This document shows, in pieces, positions 60,736-64,000 of a stretch of 64,000 bases of DNA (within the stretch, counting starts at the first letter, position 1; each line of letters opens with the position of its first letter). This stretch comes from an uncultured cyanobacterium. GTDB lineage: Bacteria; Cyanobacteriota; Cyanobacteriia; PCC-6307; Cyanobiaceae. The position numbers and the translations under genes are program-made. The stretch spans positions 32,001 through 96,000 of the forward strand of contig CAVONQ010000006.1 in NCBI GenBank assembly GCA_963697335.1. Reading direction: 5' to 3'. The notes beneath the pieces are model-generated. The model saw only the letters and a list, made by a program, of their open reading frames with translations. It was not told where the DNA came from and did no database searches.

Positions 60736-61814
60736 CAACCCAACCTTCCCTCCGTCTTCCCGTCACCGTGGTGACCGGCTTTCTGGGCGCCGGCAAGACC
60801 ACCCTGCTGAGGGAGCTGCTGTTGCATGGAGGCCAGCGTTTGGCCGTGCTCGTCAACGAGTTCGGCGAGGTGGGGCTCGATGGAGCTCTGCTGCGCAGCT
60901 GCGGCTTCTGCCCTGAAGAGGAGATCGGCTCGCGCCTGGTGGAGCTCACCAACGGCTGCCTCTGCTGCACGGTGCAGGACGACTTCCTGCCGACCATGCA
61001 GCAGCTGTTGGAGCGCGCCGACCAACTCGACGGCATCGTGGTGGAAACCAGCGGGCTGGCCCTGCCGGAGCCGCTGCTGGCCGCCCTGGGCTGGCCCGAG
61101 ATTCGCAGCCGCACCTGGGTGAACGGCGTGGTCACGGTGGTGGATGGGGCGGCCCTGGCCCAGGGGTCGGTGGTGGCGGACCCGGCGGCCCTGGAGGCCC
61201 AGCGCCTGGCCGATCCAAGTCTTGACCATCTCACTGCCATCGATGAGCTGTTCGCGGAACAACTCGAGTGCGCTGATCTGGTGCTGGTGAGCCATGGCGA
61301 TCAACTCGATGCTGCTGGTCTTGAACGCATCCGGGAGCGGGTGACCCCGCTGGTGCGCCCCGGCACACCGCTGTTGCCCATGGAGCGCGGTGGCATCGAT
61401 CCGGCCCTGGTGCTGGGGATGGCCACAACACAGCCTCAAGGTGAGCAGCCTGAGCAGCACCACGACGAGGCGGATCACGACGAGGCGGACCACGACCATC
61501 ACGACCACACCCATGTGGCCATGGAGTCGGTGGTGCTGGAGTGGAGCGGTGAGCTGGAGCGCAAGGCCCTCGAGGCGGCCATCCGCAGCCTCTGCCAGGA
61601 GCAGGGGATTGTGCGGGTGAAGGGACGGCTCTGGTTGCGAGGCAAGGACAGGCCCCTGGTGCTGCAGGCGGTGGGCCCGCGGCTGGAGAGTTGGTTTGAG
61701 GCCGCTGCCGAGCCCCGTGCCCCGGGGGTGGACCTGGTGCTGCTGGGCTTCGGACTCGACCGGGAGCAGCTGGAGCAGGCCCTGTTCCAAGGGGCCTTGG
61801 TCCAGGCGCCTTAA
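60732..61814 (+). CDS. cobW: CobW/COG0523 G3E metallochaperone GTPase
   Basis: GFLGAGKTT, VNEFGE, NGCLCC, ETSGLA.P, His-rich linker, RVKG. Confidence 0.9.
   Translation: MTTQPSLRLPVTVVTGFLGAGKTTLLRELLLHGGQRLAVLVNEFGEVGLDGALLRSCGFCPEEEIGSRLVELTNGCLCCTVQDDFLPTMQQLLERADQLDGIVVETSGLALPEPLLAALGWPEIRSRTWVNGVVTVVDGAALAQGSVVADPAALEAQRLADPSLDHLTAIDELFAEQLECADLVLVSHGDQLDAAGLERIRERVTPLVRPGTPLLPMERGGIDPALVLGMATTQPQGEQPEQHHDEADHDEADHDHHDHTHVAMESVVLEWSGELERKALEAAIRSLCQEQGIVRVKGRLWLRGKDRPLVLQAVGPRLESWFEAAAEPRAPGVDLVLLGFGLDREQLEQALFQGALVQAP
61461..61514 (+). repeat. In-frame His/Asp repeat in cobW (HDEAD x2, then HDHHDHTH)
   Basis: CACGACGAGGCGGAT CACGACGAGGCGGAC 15-nt tandem duplication. Confidence 0.8.
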
Positions 61815-62194
61815 TCCAGGGGAAGCTCGCCCTGGGCGCAGACCCCGTCCCAGCACAGAGCGGGGTCCTCAGTCCAACGGGCCTCCACCGGAATCCAGGC
61901 TGGCGATGGGTCCACCGGGCTGGGGCGCTGCATGGTCACGGCACCGCGGCCGTCATGGCGGAACTCCAGGCGCTGGTCGTCGAGCAGCAGGCTCCAGCGC
62001 ACGCCCAGCTGCTCCACCAGCAGGCTGCAGTCACGCCAGGGACCGCTGCCCTCACGACAGCGCAGGGCGATCGGCTCCAGAGGTCGCTGGTGTTCCTCCC
62101 CGGCGGGAGCCCCGTCAGGCGCGGCACTGGCCAGGGCTGGCAGCAGAAGCAACAGCAACGCCAACAAGAGGCCGTGACCGAGGCGAGCCCGCAT
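61811..62194 (-). CDS. Hypothetical exported protein with two Cys pairs
   Basis: Signal peptide [27 protein letters not shown] and [10 protein letters not shown]. Confidence 0.7.
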   Translation of the reverse strand: MRARLGHGLLLALLLLLLPALASAAPDGAPAGEEHQRPLEPIALRCREGSGPWRDCSLLVEQLGVRWSLLLDDQRLEFRHDGRGAVTMQRPSPVDPSPAWIPVEARWTEDPALCWDGVCAQGELPLD

Positions 62195-62286
62195 GCTGTG
62201 TGCTCCGCAACGACCTCTTCACCCTGTCCACGCCCAGGGGAAGGGGCCCATCGGGCTGCCAAGATTTAACAAACTACGGCTGTGTC

Positions 62287-62571
62287 GTGCCCGTCTTCAG
62301 CGCTCGCGTGCAGGTGTCCCTGCGACCTTCGGTTCTCGACCCCGCTGGGGAGGCCACCAGGGCGGCAGCGGCCCGTCTGGGGGTGACCAGCCTGCGCCGG
62401 CTGCGGATCGGCAAGGCGATCGAGCTGGAGCTGGAGGCCACCGATGCCACTGCGGCCCGCGAGCAGGTGGAACTCCTGGCGGAGCGGCTGCTGGCCAACC
62501 CGGTGATCGAGAACTGGAGCCTGGAGATCCAGGAACACCCCGCCGCCCAACCCGCGGGAGCGCCGCTGTGA
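62287..62571 (+). CDS. purS: FGAM synthase subunit PurS
   Basis: [30 protein letters not shown]. Confidence 0.95.
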   Translation: MPVFSARVQVSLRPSVLDPAGEATRAAAARLGVTSLRRLRIGKAIELELEATDATAAREQVELLAERLLANPVIENWSLEIQEHPAAQPAGAPL

Positions 62572-63221
62572 GCGTTGGCATCGTGGTGTTTCCAGGCTCC
62601 AACTGCGACCGGGATGTGCGCTGGGCCCTGGAGGGGTGCCTTGGGCTGACCACCCGCTTCCTCTGGCACGAGGAGCGCGACCTTGGCGGGCTCGATGCCG
62701 TGGTGTTGCCTGGGGGCTTCAGCTACGGCGACTACCTGCGCTGCGGCGCCATTGCCCGCTTTGCTCCCGTGCTGGAGGAGGTACGCCGCTTTGCCGAGGC
62801 CGGGGGGCCGGTGCTCGGCATCTGCAACGGCTTCCAGGTGCTCACCGAGATGGGGCTCCTGCCCGGGGCGCTCACCCGCAATGGCCGCCTGCACTTTCTG
62901 TGTGAGCCAGCGCGGCTGGAGGTGAATCCTGGCCCTTGCCGCTGGCTGCAGGGCTACGGGAGACAGGAGCAGATCAGTCTGCCGATCGCCCACGGGGAAG
63001 GCCGCTATCAGGTGGAAGCTGACGACCTGAAAGCCCTGGAGGAGCACGGCCAGGTGGTGCTGCGCTACGCCGCCAACCCAAATGGCTCGGTGGGAGATGT
63101 GGCCGGCCTGTGCAACAGGGCCGGCAACGTGCTGGGGCTGATGCCCCACCCGGAGAGGGCGTGTGACCCTGTCCTGGGGGGCATCGATGGAGCCCGACTG
63201 CTGCAGAGCCTGCTCAGCTGA
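62568..63221 (+). CDS. purQ: FGAM synthase glutaminase subunit PurQ
   Basis: [38 protein letters not shown]. Confidence 0.98.
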   Translation: MSVGIVVFPGSNCDRDVRWALEGCLGLTTRFLWHEERDLGGLDAVVLPGGFSYGDYLRCGAIARFAPVLEEVRRFAEAGGPVLGICNGFQVLTEMGLLPGALTRNGRLHFLCEPARLEVNPGPCRWLQGYGRQEQISLPIAHGEGRYQVEADDLKALEEHGQVVLRYAANPNGSVGDVAGLCNRAGNVLGLMPHPERACDPVLGGIDGARLLQSLLS

Positions 63222-63804
63222 CGGCCGCGAAGAAGTCTTTGGACTTCACGGGGTCGGGATTCATGGTCTTGTCGCCGGGCTGCCAGTTGGCGGGGCACAC
63301 CTCATCGGGGTGGCTCTGCACGTACTGGAAGGCCTGCAGCACCCGCAGGGTTTCGTCAACGCTGCGGCCCACGGGCAGGTTGTTGATCGTGCTGTGCATG
63401 ATCACGCCCTCGGGATCGATGACGAACAGGCCGCGCAGGGCCACGCCGGCCTCCTCATCGAGAACTTCGTAGGCGCGGGCGATCTCCTTTTTGAGATCGG
63501 CCACGAGGGGGTAGCTGATGTCGCCGATGCCGCCGTTCTTGCGGTCGGTCTGAACCCAGGCCAGGTGGCTGAATTCACTGTCAACGGACACACCCAGCAC
63601 CTCGGTGTTCTTGCTGGTGAAGTCGCCGTAGCGATCGGAGAAGGCGGTGATCTCCGTGGGGCACACGAAGGTGAAATCGAGGGGGTAGAAGAAGAGCACC
63701 ACGTACTTGCCGCGGTACTGGGAGAGCGAGATCTGCTTGAACTCCTGGTCCACCACGGCAGTGGCCGTGAAATCAGGGGCCTGCAGGCCGACGAGGCGGG
63801 TCAT
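63214..63804 (-). CDS. Typical 2-Cys peroxiredoxin (AhpC/Prx1)
   Basis: [26 protein letters not shown]-terminal DFF. Confidence 0.96.
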   Translation of the reverse strand: MTRLVGLQAPDFTATAVVDQEFKQISLSQYRGKYVVLFFYPLDFTFVCPTEITAFSDRYGDFTSKNTEVLGVSVDSEFSHLAWVQTDRKNGGIGDISYPLVADLKKEIARAYEVLDEEAGVALRGLFVIDPEGVIMHSTINNLPVGRSVDETLRVLQAFQYVQSHPDEVCPANWQPGDKTMNPDPVKSKDFFAAVS

Positions 63805-64000
63805 GCGCAAGGGAAAGCGAGGGGGCGGAAGCGGCAACCGGGCTCGCTTCAGCGAACTCGATCCGACTTCCAGTTACGTACAACAATTTATCACAACCCC
63901 GCGCAGGCCAGGCCATAGGCTGAAGCTCGTTTCGGAAGTTGATGGGATGGGTTGGGATCCAAGCGTGCTGCGCAAGTACAACACCACGGGACACTTCCGC

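Noticed and set aside
1..64000. CRISPR array, IS element, integrase, prophage, tRNA or rRNA
   Set aside because: No regularly spaced repeats, transposase or integrase motifs, or tRNA/rRNA signatures seen; nearly all space is taken by core genes

Overview
High-GC (~70% by eye) picocyanobacterial chromosome segment, most likely Cyanobium or Synechococcus subcluster 5.2. Evidence: apcF (phycobilisome core), psb28, GUN4, pcyA, chlP, ccsB, sipA and the gene order. The window is almost entirely core genome: rsmA-ispE-pdhB-secDF, glnA/apcF, PBP-lspA-bioY, M16 peptidases, pcyA-devBCA, rpsB-tsf-recG, sir, glyS, chlP, typA-lptABF/G, rpe, glpX-hemA-glgC-gnd-pgl, ilvD, upp, cobW, purSQ and a 2-Cys peroxiredoxin. 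I saw no tRNA, rRNA, CRISPR array, transposase or prophage. The best candidate for an undescribed system is an 87-aa basic protein (11271-11534). It is built from two AWAxxHx6HGxxLAQI repeats, has its own perfect NtcA box and a strong RBS, and overlaps the 3' end of the NtcA-controlled glnA tail-to-tail. That is the arrangement of a glutamine synthetase inactivating factor, but the sequence is not a clear IF7/IF17. Other leads are two smORFs missed by the ORF track (a 31-aa membrane peptide before pdhB and a 51-aa Lys/Arg-rich peptide near rpsB with its own promoter and terminator), an orphan ferritin-like diiron enzyme, an FkbM-type methyltransferase, and several structured or repeated non-coding elements. 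All family assignments are from recognising motifs by eye; no database searches were run.
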